Part shown: positions 15,718-26,338 of the stretch, piece by piece
How positions within the stretch are numbered: position 1 is the stretch's first letter
Layout of the letters: each line of letters opens with the position of its first letter
Source: Nocardioidaceae bacterium
Lineage (GTDB): Bacteria > Actinomycetota > Actinomycetes > Propionibacteriales > Nocardioidaceae
Length of the DNA: 64,000 bases
Reading direction: 5' to 3'
NCBI GenBank assembly: GCA_044866695.1
Contig: JBIOUF010000014.1
Location: forward strand, 30,873-94,872
Translations under genes and position numbers: made by a program
The notes under the pieces: model-generated
The model's database searches: none
The model's input: the letters and a program-made list of their open reading frames with translations, nothing else
What the model was told of the DNA's origin: nothing

Positions 15718-16676
15718 CAGCCCTCACCCCTCGCCTGTGCGAGGTCGACCTTGAAGAGCCTGACGATCAGGAAGGCCAGCAACAGCACGGAGATGAACAA
15801 GAGCACCGAGAGCGCGGACCCGAGACCGAGCTGCATCTGCTCGATCACCTGCCGATAGGTCAGGAAGGACGAGGACTCGGTGTCCTGCGCTCCCCTTGTC
15901 ATCACGTAGATGTTGTCGAAGATCCGGAAGGCATCGAGCGCCCGGAACAGGACCGCGACCATGATCGCGGCTTTCATGTTCGGCAGGATCACCTTGTAGA
16001 GCCGCTGCCACCACGTGGCGCCGTCGACCTTCGCGGCCTCGAGCATGTCCTCGGAGATCTGCGCCAGTCCCGCGAGCAGGAGCAGCGCCATGAACGGCGT
16101 CGTCTTCCAGATCTCCGAGACCATGATCGCGAACATCGCGGGCCAGTGGCTGCCGAACCAGTTGGTGTCGGCCTCGAGCCATGGCAACCAGTCGAACCAC
16201 GAGTTCACCCAACCATTGTTGAGGCTGAAGGCGAACTGCCAGGCGTAGGCCGAGACCACGGTCACGATGCCGTAGGGGATCAGGATCGCCGTGCGGACCG
16301 CGCCGCGGGCGAACACGATGCGGTGCATCACCATCGCGAACGCGAACCCGATCACGAGCTCCACCGCGACCGTGACCACCATGATCAGCAGGGTGTTCCA
16401 GGTGTCCTGCCAGAACAGCCCGTCGGTGAGCACCGTTCCGTAGTTGCGAAGCCCGACGAACTCCTTGTCGTCTGGCGAGGTGAGCCGATAGCGGAACAAC
16501 GACAGATACAGAGCCTGGAACATCGGCCACGCCGTAACGGCCAGCATCACGACCACGGCGGGTGCGACAAGGCGCCGGCCGAGCTGGTTCTCGGCGCGTG
16601 CACGGTCGCTGCGCTTCTTGGGCGCCGTCGGCTTGTCGCCCGCCTTCTCGGCCGCGGTGGTGCTCACGGTGCTCAC
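15717..16676 (-). CDS. Carbohydrate ABC transporter permease (MalF-like)
   Basis: I trimmed the track ORF to GTG 16676, which overlaps the SBP stop (GTGA). The product starts VSTVSTTAAEK... and carries KVDGATWWQRLYKVILPNMKAAI. Confidence 0.9.
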   Translation of the reverse strand: MSTVSTTAAEKAGDKPTAPKKRSDRARAENQLGRRLVAPAVVVMLAVTAWPMFQALYLSLFRYRLTSPDDKEFVGLRNYGTVLTDGLFWQDTWNTLLIMVVTVAVELVIGFAFAMVMHRIVFARGAVRTAILIPYGIVTVVSAYAWQFAFSLNNGWVNSWFDWLPWLEADTNWFGSHWPAMFAIMVSEIWKTTPFMALLLLAGLAQISEDMLEAAKVDGATWWQRLYKVILPNMKAAIMVAVLFRALDAFRIFDNIYVMTRGAQDTESSSFLTYRQVIEQMQLGLGSALSVLLFISVLLLAFLIVRLFKVDLAQARGEG

Positions 16677-17938
16677 AGGAGGCTCCTTCCGTGTAGCACG
16701 TCCTCGATGAACTGCTGCGAGTCCGGCGGGGTCTGGTCGTCGACTCCGTCCGGTGGGTGCCAAGAGCTCTGGAGGGCGCTGGAGATGTCGCTCCAGTACG
16801 GCGTGACCGTGCGCGGTGCCGCCGCGTCGAGGCTCTCCTGGAAGAGGGCGAGCAGCGGCGGCGGGTAGATCTTGGCCAGTGCCGGGTAGCGGTAGCCGGC
16901 GGCGCTGGCCGGCATGTTGCCGGTGAGCTCGGCGTTCACGCCTTGGTTCTCTGGTGAGGTGATGCACTCGATCGCCTGCATCGCCTCGTCCTTGTGGTTG
17001 GAGTACTCGCTCACGCCGACGCCGATGCCGCCGTACGGCGGGCGGGACTCCTCGCCCTGTGTTGACCGCGGGTACCGGGTGAAGCCGAGGTCGTCCTTCA
17101 CCTCGGGCTGGGTGGCGTCGTAGTTCGTCCAGATATAGGTCCAGTTGACCATGAACGCCCCCTGGGGACCCCCGAACGTGGCGCCCGCCGTGCCCTCGTT
17201 GGAGACCGACAGGTCGGCCGGGGCGGCAGCGGAGCCGGCGAGCTTCTCGATGATCTTCGCCGACGTCTCACCCGCGGGGGAGTCGACCTCGAGGGTGAGG
17301 TCGACACCCCTGTCGGTGTTGGTGGCGATGGCGCCGCCGGCGCCAGAGATCAGCGCGTTGATCCACACCGGGTAGCCCTCGTACTTGTTCGCCTGCACGG
17401 CGACCTTGCCGTCGTTCTTCGCGGCGGCGTCGATGATCTGGTCCCACGTGACCGGCTTGGTCATGTTCAGTCCGGCCTTCTGCGCGAAGGACTTGCGGTA
17501 CCAGAGCACCTGGGTGTTGGACCAGAACGGCGCGACGACCAGCCGGCCATCCCAGGTGGCGGCGTCCACTGCTCCCTTGAAGGACTGCTGCTTCAGCTTG
17601 CTCTGCAGGTCGTCGGGGATGGCGGCCAGGAACCCCGCGTTCGCGAACTCAGCGGTGTAGGGCGGGTCGATGCTCATGATGTCGATCTCGGGGTCCTCCG
17701 CCGCGAGTCGCCGGGCGAGCTGGATGCGCTGCTCGCTGGCGTTCTGCGGCAGTACCTGCACGTCGATCGTGTAGTCGTCCGTGCTGCAGTTCTCCGCGAC
17801 CTTGGCCTGGCCCCCGGCATCGGGATTGATGTACCAGGTCAGCGTGTCGCCGGAGCCGCCGGATGAGCAGGCGGCGAGCAGCCCCGAGGCTGCCACGAGT
17901 GCCGCTGCTGCGGCGAGACCCCGGCGTAGGCGATCCAT
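16673..17938 (-). CDS. Extracellular solute-binding lipoprotein of the sugar ABC transporter
   Basis: There is a lipobox, LLAACSSGG, after MDRLRRGLAAAAALVAASG. I placed the start at the Met preceded by AGAGAGG; the track ORF begins 21 nt further upstream. Confidence 0.9.
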   Translation of the reverse strand: MDRLRRGLAAAAALVAASGLLAACSSGGSGDTLTWYINPDAGGQAKVAENCSTDDYTIDVQVLPQNASEQRIQLARRLAAEDPEIDIMSIDPPYTAEFANAGFLAAIPDDLQSKLKQQSFKGAVDAATWDGRLVVAPFWSNTQVLWYRKSFAQKAGLNMTKPVTWDQIIDAAAKNDGKVAVQANKYEGYPVWINALISGAGGAIATNTDRGVDLTLEVDSPAGETSAKIIEKLAGSAAAPADLSVSNEGTAGATFGGPQGAFMVNWTYIWTNYDATQPEVKDDLGFTRYPRSTQGEESRPPYGGIGVGVSEYSNHKDEAMQAIECITSPENQGVNAELTGNMPASAAGYRYPALAKIYPPPLLALFQESLDAAAPRTVTPYWSDISSALQSSWHPPDGVDDQTPPDSQQFIEDVLHGRSLL

Positions 17939-18029
17939 GCGCACCTCTCTCATGATCAACGTATCCCACTTCTAGACCTCTGCGGCGACACTTGTAAACC
18001 GGCAGGGGTCTCGATCGCGGACTCAGATG

Positions 18030-18290
18030 AACGCACATGGAGCTCCTGCCGCTCATCGGCTCGCTCACCGACTCCGAGCGTCACGGCGGCAGGGCAGCCC
18101 GATGCGTTCGACGCCGTCATCCCGTCCAGGCCAGGCTTCGGGTTCTCCACCCCGGTCCTCCTCGACGGGGTCGAACGATCGAAGGGGTCGCCCGCACCTG
18201 GGCCACGTTGATGCGCCGCCTCGGGTAGGCGTCCTACGGCGTGCGCGGCTCGGCGTTCCAGCAGGCAGCTGCCCTTTCGCAACAGGTCGT
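18030..18290 (+). pseudogene. Decayed fragment of an epoxide-hydrolase-type alpha/beta hydrolase
   Basis: One frame gives ELLPLIGSLTDSERHGG. A second frame gives DAFDAVIPSRPGFGFSTP, which is the classic PGFGFS block. The first frame then resumes with TWATLMRRLG*ASYG. Together these show frameshifts and an in-frame stop. Confidence 0.4.
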
Positions 18291-18310
18291 AGGAGTCCCG
18301 GTCGCGGGAG

Positions 18311-19354
<1,044 letters not shown>

Positions 19355-20254
19355 TCAGGCCTCGGGGATCGGCCGGCCGAAGCTCTCCAGCGTGATGTCG
19401 GTGGGCTCGGGGCCGCCGCGCCGGCCGGTGTCCAGCGCGTCGACGGCCGCGAGCTCGTCGCCGGTGAGGTCGAAGTCGAAGACGGCGAAGTTCTCCGCGA
19501 TCCGGTGCGGCTTGGTCGACTTGGGGATGACCGAGCGGCCCTGCTGCAGGTGCCAGCGCAGCATCACCTGGGCCGGCGACTTCGCGTGGGCCGCGGCGAT
19601 CTGGCCGATGACCGGGTCCTCCAGGGTGCTGCCGTGGTTGCCGTCGCGGTAGAAGGTGATGCCGCCGATGGGCGACCACGCCTGGGTGACGATGTCGTGC
19701 TCGGCACCGAACGCCTGGACGTCGCGCTGCTGGAAGTACGGGTGCACCTCGATCTGGTTGACCGCGGGCACGACCTCTGCGGTCTCGAGGAGCCGGGTGA
19801 GGTGGTCGACCATGAAGTTGCTGACCCCGATCGCGCGGACCTTGCCCTGCTCGAGCAGGGTCTCCAGGGCCCGGTACGCCGCGAGCGTCTTGTCGAACTC
19901 CGAGGGCAGTGCCTGGTGCAGGATGAGCAGGTCGATCTGGTCGACGCCGAGCTTGGCGGCGCTCTTCTCGAAGCCGTGCAGGGTCTGGTCGTAGCCGTAG
20001 TCGCTGATCCAGATCTTGGTCTCCAGGAACACCTCGTCGCGACCCAGGCCGGAGCCGCGGACCGCCTCGCCGACGCCGGTCTCGTTCCCGTACGCCGCGG
20101 CGGTGTCGATGTGGCGGTAGCCCGTCGCAAGGGCGGCCTCGACCACCTCGCGGGTCTCGTCAGGCGGGGTCTGGAACACCCCGAACCCCAGGGCGGGCAT
20201 CTCGACGCCGTTGTTCAACGTCAGGTTCTTCATCTGAGTGGTCTCCTCGGTCAT
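19355..20254 (-). CDS. Aldo/keto reductase (DkgA-like)
   Basis: LNNGVEMPALGFGVFQ...GYRHIDTAAAYGNE.... The start may be the internal Met at 20233 (MKNLTLNNG), which has better RBS spacing. Confidence 0.9.
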   Translation of the reverse strand: MTEETTQMKNLTLNNGVEMPALGFGVFQTPPDETREVVEAALATGYRHIDTAAAYGNETGVGEAVRGSGLGRDEVFLETKIWISDYGYDQTLHGFEKSAAKLGVDQIDLLILHQALPSEFDKTLAAYRALETLLEQGKVRAIGVSNFMVDHLTRLLETAEVVPAVNQIEVHPYFQQRDVQAFGAEHDIVTQAWSPIGGITFYRDGNHGSTLEDPVIGQIAAAHAKSPAQVMLRWHLQQGRSVIPKSTKPHRIAENFAVFDFDLTGDELAAVDALDTGRRGGPEPTDITLESFGRPIPEA

Positions 20255-20503
20255 GTCCTCGACAGTAGGCAGGTTGCCGGTGCCGTGGGAGGGGCTGTCG
20301 GAGCCCCCTTGGTCATGGGCGACGGCGCGCGCCTAGCCGCGTCAGGCGAGGCCGATGCCGCTGAGCCAGTCCGTTCGCACGTGCGATCCGGTTCCCGGTT
20401 CCTCGTCGAGGAAACCTCGCTCTCGAGCGGTGCGGCAGTGCCCGTTGTTCCGGGTAGTGACAGACCCTCCCTCTCCCCGGGTGGTCCACGTACCGTCGGT
20501 GGC

Positions 20504-21379
20504 ATGGACCACCGGACCGAGGTGCGCGACTTCCTGGTCTCGCGCCGGGCGCGGATCACCCCTGAGCGGGCCGGACTTCCGCTGTACGGCACCAACCGCC
20601 GGGTCGCCGGTCTGCGCCGTGAGGAGGTCGCCCTGCTCGCCGGGGTGAGCACCGACTACTACACCAAGCTCGAACGCGGGAACCTCTCCGGCGTCTCCGA
20701 GTCCGTCCTCGATGCCGTCGCCGCGGCTCTCCAGCTCGACGAGTCCGAGCGGACCCACCTCTTCGACCTCGCCCGCACGGCCGGCACCGGGACCGGTGCT
20801 CGGCAGCGCGGCAGCGTTCCCAGGCAGAGCGTCCGCCCGAGCGTGCAGCGCGTCATCGACTCCATCGGCGCGCCCGCCTACGTGCGGAACAGCCGACTCG
20901 ACCTCCTCGCCGTGAACCGGCTCGGCCGAGCGTTGCTGTCCGACCTCTACGCCGAAGAGACGAGTCGACCCAACCTCGCCCGGTACATGTTCCTCGACCC
21001 ACGCTCCCGCGACTTCTACGTCGAGTGGGCGGCCGTCGCCAAGGACATCGTCGCGGCCTTGCGCATCGAAGCCGGCCGCAACCCCTACGACCGCGGCCTG
21101 ACCGACCTCGTCGGCGAGCTCTCCACACGCAGCGAGGAGTTCCGCACCTGGTGGGCCAGCCACAACGTAGGAGTGCACCTCACCTCAACCAAGAGGATGC
21201 ACCACCCCGTCGCCGGAGAGCTCGAGCTCACCGGCGAGGCGCTCGTGCTCCCCGGAGACACCGGGCTCACCATCATCACCTACACCGTGGAGCCCGCTAC
21301 GTCGTCGGCCCAGGCGCTCCAGTTCCTCGCCAGCTGGGCGAGCGCGCACGAACCGTCGAGCGCGGTCACGTCCGACTGA
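20504..21379 (+). CDS. MmyB-like helix-turn-helix transcriptional regulator
   Basis: This is the C-terminal 291 aa of track ORF 18803..21379, starting at ATG 20504. It carries LRREEVALLAGVSTDYYTKLERG plus an MmyB-type C-terminal domain. It is divergent from the AKR genes. Confidence 0.85.
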   Translation: MDHRTEVRDFLVSRRARITPERAGLPLYGTNRRVAGLRREEVALLAGVSTDYYTKLERGNLSGVSESVLDAVAAALQLDESERTHLFDLARTAGTGTGARQRGSVPRQSVRPSVQRVIDSIGAPAYVRNSRLDLLAVNRLGRALLSDLYAEETSRPNLARYMFLDPRSRDFYVEWAAVAKDIVAALRIEAGRNPYDRGLTDLVGELSTRSEEFRTWWASHNVGVHLTSTKRMHHPVAGELELTGEALVLPGDTGLTIITYTVEPATSSAQALQFLASWASAHEPSSAVTSD

Positions 21380-21470
21380 CCTCGAGGTCCCTGCCGAGAT
21401 CCGGGCGCCTGGACTGCGCGGCGGCGGCTTCGTGAGATGGCTCGCGGCTCGCGGTTGTCGGCGCGGCGGA

Positions 21471-22262
21471 TCAGGCCGGGACGGAGAGCCCCTGCAGCCA
21501 GGCCCGCCAGGCCGGCTCCTCGCGCCGCACGTAGTCCGCGGCGTCGGCGGAGAACAGGTACGCCCGTACGCCCACCGTCGCCTTGCCGTCGCCCTCGCCG
21601 TGGGCGAAGACGTTGAGCATCCCGGGCACCGGCGCGGTGAGCCGGACCAGGGCCTGCCGCTCGCCGACCCGCTCGACCGTGCCGATGGTGCCGCGCACGT
21701 CGACCGTCGAGCCCTCGTCGCCGAGCCCGAGCGCGTCGTGCAAGGTCGACCAGAGCGCCTTCGCGTCGCCGGGCTGGGAGGCGCTGACCTCGAGCTGGGT
21801 GGCCTCCTGGCCGGGGAACCGGGACAGGTAGAGACGCAGGTTGTCGAAGAACGGCATCCAGCTGGGACCCATGTCGTCCCAGAACTCCGACTCCCAGGCG
21901 GCGCCCGTCCCGAAGCCGCTGCTGGTGACGCGCACCACGCAGGTGCCGCCGGACCGCGCCTCGACGAGGAACTCCGACGTCAGCGGGCTGAGCGCGGCGG
22001 GGTCCTTGCCCATCAGGGCGGCCCAGTCCTCCTCGTACACGATGCGGCGCGGCGGGTCCCAGCCGGTGACCCGGCCGTCCGAGCCCATCTCGGGGCCCAT
22101 GGCGAAGTGCAGGGAGCCGCCCTCGCGCTCCTCCATCTCGGTCGGCAGGAACCAGGCGCTCATGCCCTTGGCGGTGGCGATGGCCTGCCAGACCTGTTCC
22201 GGGGTGCCCGGGACCTCGACGCTGAACTCCAGGCGGTACGGGACGTTCGGGGTCGTGCTCAT
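21471..22262 (-). CDS. SRPBCC (Aha1/START-like) domain protein, two-domain
   Basis: Trimmed to ATG 22262: MSTTPNVPYRLEFSVEVPGTPEQVWQAIATAKGMSAWF.... It is typically paired with ArsR. Confidence 0.85.
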   Translation of the reverse strand: MSTTPNVPYRLEFSVEVPGTPEQVWQAIATAKGMSAWFLPTEMEEREGGSLHFAMGPEMGSDGRVTGWDPPRRIVYEEDWAALMGKDPAALSPLTSEFLVEARSGGTCVVRVTSSGFGTGAAWESEFWDDMGPSWMPFFDNLRLYLSRFPGQEATQLEVSASQPGDAKALWSTLHDALGLGDEGSTVDVRGTIGTVERVGERQALVRLTAPVPGMLNVFAHGEGDGKATVGVRAYLFSADAADYVRREEPAWRAWLQGLSVPA

Positions 22263-22837
22263 GGGTTCTCCTCGGGGAGGGGGTGGGCGGCGACGACGAG
22301 CCGGTGCGGGCGCCCGTCGTCGTGGTGGTAGCGAGCGGCCAGGTCGAGCACCGCGGCGGTGAGGTCGTCGGCGAAGGCGGCCCGGTCGGCGGCCGACCGG
22401 AAGCCGATCTGCGTGTCGATGGTCAGCGTGGGCAGGCGCTTGCCGGACGCGCCGGCCCGGCGCGCCAGCGCGCCGACCTCGCGCACCAGCCGGCCGGCCA
22501 GCGCGACGAGGTAGCCGGCCGACAGGTGGTCGGCGTTGGCGTCCGGGTCGGCGGCGGACGCGCTGACGGCCGCCGGCGACACGACGTACGACGCCGCCGA
22601 CGCCTGCAGCACCCGCTCGGTGAGGCCCCCGTGCCGGCGCTCCTCGGACAGCTGCACCAGGCCGTGCGCCTCGAGCGCCCTGAGGTGGTAGTTGACCTTC
22701 TGGCGCGCGATGCCGACCCGGGCAGCGAGCCCCGCGGCGGACGCCGGGACGGCCAGCTCGCCGAGCAGCCGGGCCCGGACCGGGTCCAGCGCGGCGCTGG
22801 CTGCCTCCGCGCTCTCGATCACCTCGACGTCCCGCAT
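22259..22837 (-). CDS. ArsR-family winged-helix regulator
   Basis: Trimmed to ATG 22837: LDPVRARLLGELAVPASAAGLAARVGIARQKVNYHLRALEAHGLV. It has a 4-nt overlap with the SRPBCC gene. Confidence 0.85.
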   Translation of the reverse strand: MRDVEVIESAEAASAALDPVRARLLGELAVPASAAGLAARVGIARQKVNYHLRALEAHGLVQLSEERRHGGLTERVLQASAASYVVSPAAVSASAADPDANADHLSAGYLVALAGRLVREVGALARRAGASGKRLPTLTIDTQIGFRSAADRAAFADDLTAAVLDLAARYHHDDGRPHRLVVAAHPLPEENP

Positions 22838-22852
22838 GACGCCACCCTGCCT

Positions 22853-22872
22853 TTGACAAAGAATATTGTCAA
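22853..22872. promoter_or_regulatory. AT-rich perfect inverted repeat TTGACAA-N6-TTGTCAA (candidate ArsR operator / -35 box)
   Basis: On the minus strand, TTGACA is followed by a 17-nt spacer, CAGGGT, 6 nt, and then the ArsR ATG. This suggests a leaderless transcript. It is the only A/T-rich patch in this intergenic region. Confidence 0.45.
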
Positions 22873-22935
22873 GAGGCCGAGCCGAGCAGGGCCGCGTCGG
22901 CCCCTCCAGGACGAGTGCATCGTCCAGGCGCGAGG

Positions 22936-23406
22936 TCACAGCCAGCGACGCACCCGCCGCGTGTAGTCGTCGTACGGCGCACCGAACCGCTCGTGCAGGA
23001 ACCGCTCCTCGGGACCGATCGCGCCCCAGAGGACCAGCAGCACCGCAGCGGGGAAGAGCACGAGCCCCCAGAACGTAGGGGCCAGCAACGCCAGCCCGAG
23101 GTAGAGCGCGAGCAGGCCGACGTAGAGCGGGTTGCGGGAGAGGCGGTACGGCCCCTCCTCGATGATCGCGCGGGTCGCCTGTCCGGGCAGCAGCCCGGTC
23201 TCGTGCCGGTGGAACAGCCACAGCGACCAGCCGTTCCACACCGCGAACACCAGCACGAGCGCCCAGCCGAGCCGAACCCGCCACCCGCCGAGTCCGACGG
23301 GGTCGCCCCAGGACTGCGTGGCCAGCCAGCCGGCCAGCAAGGGCGCGCCGACCGCGACCGGCGGCCAGAGCCGGAACGCGACGGTGGCCTCGGGCCCGTG
23401 CGCCAT
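22936..23406 (-). CDS. Isoprenylcysteine carboxyl methyltransferase (ICMT)/phospholipid methyltransferase-family membrane protein
   Basis: Trimmed to ATG 23406. It carries GPYRLSRNPLYVGLLALYLG...EERFLHERFGAPYDDYTRRVRRWL. Confidence 0.8.
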   Translation of the reverse strand: MAHGPEATVAFRLWPPVAVGAPLLAGWLATQSWGDPVGLGGWRVRLGWALVLVFAVWNGWSLWLFHRHETGLLPGQATRAIIEEGPYRLSRNPLYVGLLALYLGLALLAPTFWGLVLFPAAVLLVLWGAIGPEERFLHERFGAPYDDYTRRVRRWL

Positions 23407-23478
23407 GGCCTCATTGTCGCGGGTGGCGCCGCCGCCGCCGTGGACTCCACCTCCGCCAGGCAGACCTACTGTGGAGCG

Positions 23479-26169
23479 ATGGAGACGCCGCTGCTGGCCA
23501 CGAAGCTCTTCGTGCCGGCTCTCCCTTCCCACGGCCTGCCACGCCCGCGGCTGCTCCGACGCCTCGACGACGGGCTGGCCCCGCACTGCCGGCTGACGCT
23601 GGTGTCGGCGCCTGCCGGGTTCGGCAAGACCACTCTGCTGGGTGAGTGGGCCGCCCACTGCGGCGCCCGCAGACCGTCGGCCCGGTTCGCATGGCTCTCC
23701 CTCGACGAGGCGGACGGTGACCCCGCGCGCTTCCTCGGCTACGTCGTCGCGGCGCTGCAGGACGCCCATGCCGACCTCGGCCCGGACGCCTTCCGGCCAC
23801 GTCCCGGCGGGCAGACGGCCTCCCACGACCCGGCTCTCACCGACCTGGTCAACGACCTGGCGGCCACGCCGGGCGAGACCGTCCTGGTGCTCGACGACTA
23901 CCACGTGGTGGCCGCGCGGGCCGTTCACGACATCCTGGCGTTCCTGGTGGGCCACGCGCCACCGCAGCTGCACGTGGTCGTCGCCACCAGGTCCGACCCG
24001 CCGCTTCCCCTCGCCCGGCTGCGGAGCCGCGGCGGTCTGACCGAGCTGCGCGCATCGGACCTCCGGTTCACCGCCGAGGAGGCGGGGGACTTCCTCAACG
24101 ACACGATGGGCCTGCGCCTGTCCGCAGACGACGTCGCGGCCCTCGAACGGCGCACCGAGGGCTGGATCGCCGGCCTGCAGCTGGCGGCGGTGTCCATGCG
24201 CGGACGTGACGACGTCTCGGGCTTCATCGGGTCCTTCACCGGCAGCCACCGCTTCGTCCTCGACTACCTCGCCGAGGAGGTGCTCCAGCGGCAGCCCGAG
24301 CACACCCGCCGCTTCCTGTCGGCCACGTCGGTGCTCGAGCGGATGACCGGTCCGTTGTGCGATGCGGTCACCGGGTCAGCGGGGAGTGGCGAGGTCCTGG
24401 AGTCCCTCGAACGCGCCAACCTGTTCGTCGTCCCCCTCGACGACCGCCGTGAGTGGTACCGCTACCACCACCTGTTCGCCGACGTGCTGCGGTCGCGGCT
24501 CCGCCAGGAGCAGCCCGGCCTGGTTCCGCGGCTCCACCGGGCCGCCAGCGAGTGGTTCGAAGCGAACGGCCTGCCGGAGGAGGCCGTACGCCACGCGCTC
24601 GCCGCAGGCGACCACGACCGGGCGGCCTCGCTGGTCGAGCTGGCCCTTCCGGTGATCCGCCGAGACCGGCAGGACGCCACGCTCACCGGCTGGCTCGACG
24701 CCATCCCCGGCGACGTGGTACGCCGCCGGCCGGTCCTCAGCGCCTTGTACGCCTTCGGGCTGCTGGTCGCCGGCGACCTGGAGGGCGCCGAGTCCTGGCT
24801 GCGCGACTCCGAGCGGGCGCTGCGCGACCGGGAGCACCGGTCGACCGACGCCGAGGAGCTCCGCCGGCTACCCATGACGATCGCGGTCTACCGGGCCGCG
24901 CTGGCGCAGGGACGAGGCGACCTGGACGCCATCCGGGGACACGCCCGGCATGCTCTGGAGCTCGCTGGTCCCGACGACCACCTCGCCCGCGCCGGTGCCG
25001 CCGGGTATCTCGGACTCGCGTCGTACGCGCAGGGGGACATCGCGGCAGCGCTGCGCACCTTCCCCGAGACGTTGCAGAGCCTGCGTGCCGCCGGCAACCC
25101 CGCCGAGGAGCTGAGCAGCACCGTCGTGCTCGCGGACATGTGGATCGTCCGGGGCCGGCTGGCCGAGGCGCGCAGGCTCTACGACGCGGCCCTTCGCAGG
25201 GTGACCGCCCGGGGCGCAACGCTCACCGGAGCGACGGCGGACCTGCATGTCGGGTTCAGCGAGCTGATGCGCGAGCTCGGGGACCTGCCCGCGGCCCGGC
25301 ACCACCTGCAGGTCGGCAGCGATCTCGGCGAGAGAGCCTCGCTCACCGAGAACCGGCACCGCTGGTTCGTCGCCACGGCGCTGGTGCGCCAGGCCGAAGG
25401 CGACCTGGCCGGCGCCAGCGCCCTGCTGGACGAGGCCGAGCGTCTCTACCGCCGAGGCTTCCTGCCCGAGGTGCGGCCGGTCGCCGCCGTGAGGGCCCGG
25501 ATGTGGATCGCGCGAGGCAGCCTCTCCTCGGCGCAGACCTGGTCGCGCGGCCGAGGCCTGGCCGGCGCAGACGACCTGAGCTACCTGCGTGAGTACGAGC
25601 ACCTGACCCTGGTGCGCCTGCTCATCGCGCAGGGTCGGCTGCACCGGGACTCCGAGGCGACCGACGATGCGGTCGGACTGCTGGACCGCCTCCTGGAGGC
25701 GGCCCAGGACGGCGGCCGGCAGGGCAGCGTGAACGAGATCCTGGTCCTGCGAGCGCTCGCCCACGACGTGCGGGGCGACCGCGACCAGGCGCTGGCGACC
25801 CTGGAGGAGGTCCTGGTCGCGACCGAGCCGGAGGGACACGTCCGGCTGTTCCTCGATGAGGGCGCACCCATGGAGGCGCTGCTCCGGGCCACCGACCTGT
25901 GCCGGGTCGCGCCGAGCCGGGCGACCGCACTGCTGCGCACCGCCGGCGGCGCAGCGGCCGAGCCGCCGGCCCTTCCGGACCCGCTGAGCGACCGGGAGCT
26001 CGAGGTGCTCAGGCTGCTGGACACCGCGATGAGCGGGCCGGAGATCGCCCGGGAGCTGTTCGTGTCGCCGAACACGCTGCGCACGCACACCAAGCACATC
26101 TTCAGCAAGCTCGGGGTCAACAACCGCCGGGCGGCGGTCCAGCGGGCCGCCGAGCTGGGCCTGACGTAG
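23479..26169 (+). CDS. LAL/MalT-type large ATP-binding LuxR-family regulator
   Basis: 896 aa from ATG 23479. It has Walker A APAGFGKTTLL, a TPR-like central region, and a C-terminal LuxR HTH (LSDRELEVLRLLDTAMSGPEIARELFVSPNTLRTHTKHIFSKLGV). Confidence 0.9.
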   Translation: METPLLATKLFVPALPSHGLPRPRLLRRLDDGLAPHCRLTLVSAPAGFGKTTLLGEWAAHCGARRPSARFAWLSLDEADGDPARFLGYVVAALQDAHADLGPDAFRPRPGGQTASHDPALTDLVNDLAATPGETVLVLDDYHVVAARAVHDILAFLVGHAPPQLHVVVATRSDPPLPLARLRSRGGLTELRASDLRFTAEEAGDFLNDTMGLRLSADDVAALERRTEGWIAGLQLAAVSMRGRDDVSGFIGSFTGSHRFVLDYLAEEVLQRQPEHTRRFLSATSVLERMTGPLCDAVTGSAGSGEVLESLERANLFVVPLDDRREWYRYHHLFADVLRSRLRQEQPGLVPRLHRAASEWFEANGLPEEAVRHALAAGDHDRAASLVELALPVIRRDRQDATLTGWLDAIPGDVVRRRPVLSALYAFGLLVAGDLEGAESWLRDSERALRDREHRSTDAEELRRLPMTIAVYRAALAQGRGDLDAIRGHARHALELAGPDDHLARAGAAGYLGLASYAQGDIAAALRTFPETLQSLRAAGNPAEELSSTVVLADMWIVRGRLAEARRLYDAALRRVTARGATLTGATADLHVGFSELMRELGDLPAARHHLQVGSDLGERASLTENRHRWFVATALVRQAEGDLAGASALLDEAERLYRRGFLPEVRPVAAVRARMWIARGSLSSAQTWSRGRGLAGADDLSYLREYEHLTLVRLLIAQGRLHRDSEATDDAVGLLDRLLEAAQDGGRQGSVNEILVLRALAHDVRGDRDQALATLEEVLVATEPEGHVRLFLDEGAPMEALLRATDLCRVAPSRATALLRTAGGAAAEPPALPDPLSDRELEVLRLLDTAMSGPEIARELFVSPNTLRTHTKHIFSKLGVNNRRAAVQRAAELGLT

Positions 26170-26338
26170 CCGGTCGGCACCGGTCGTGCCCGGCCGGCGG
26201 GCCGGCAGTCACCCGCGGGACGCGGCGGGCGTCCTCGCCACCGGTCCCGGTCGTCGTGGGGCCGCTGATCGGGTGTTCCGATCGGCCGGGAGGTCGGCGG
26301 TGGGTCTCACCAGATGATCCGGTAGCGGCCTGGCGAGC

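Noticed and set aside
26170-26338. Rho-independent terminator between the LAL regulator and the convergent orphan gene
   Set aside because: Only short 5-bp GC stems (for example CCGGT-CGGC-ACCGG) are present and there is no U-tract, so the evidence is too weak to call.
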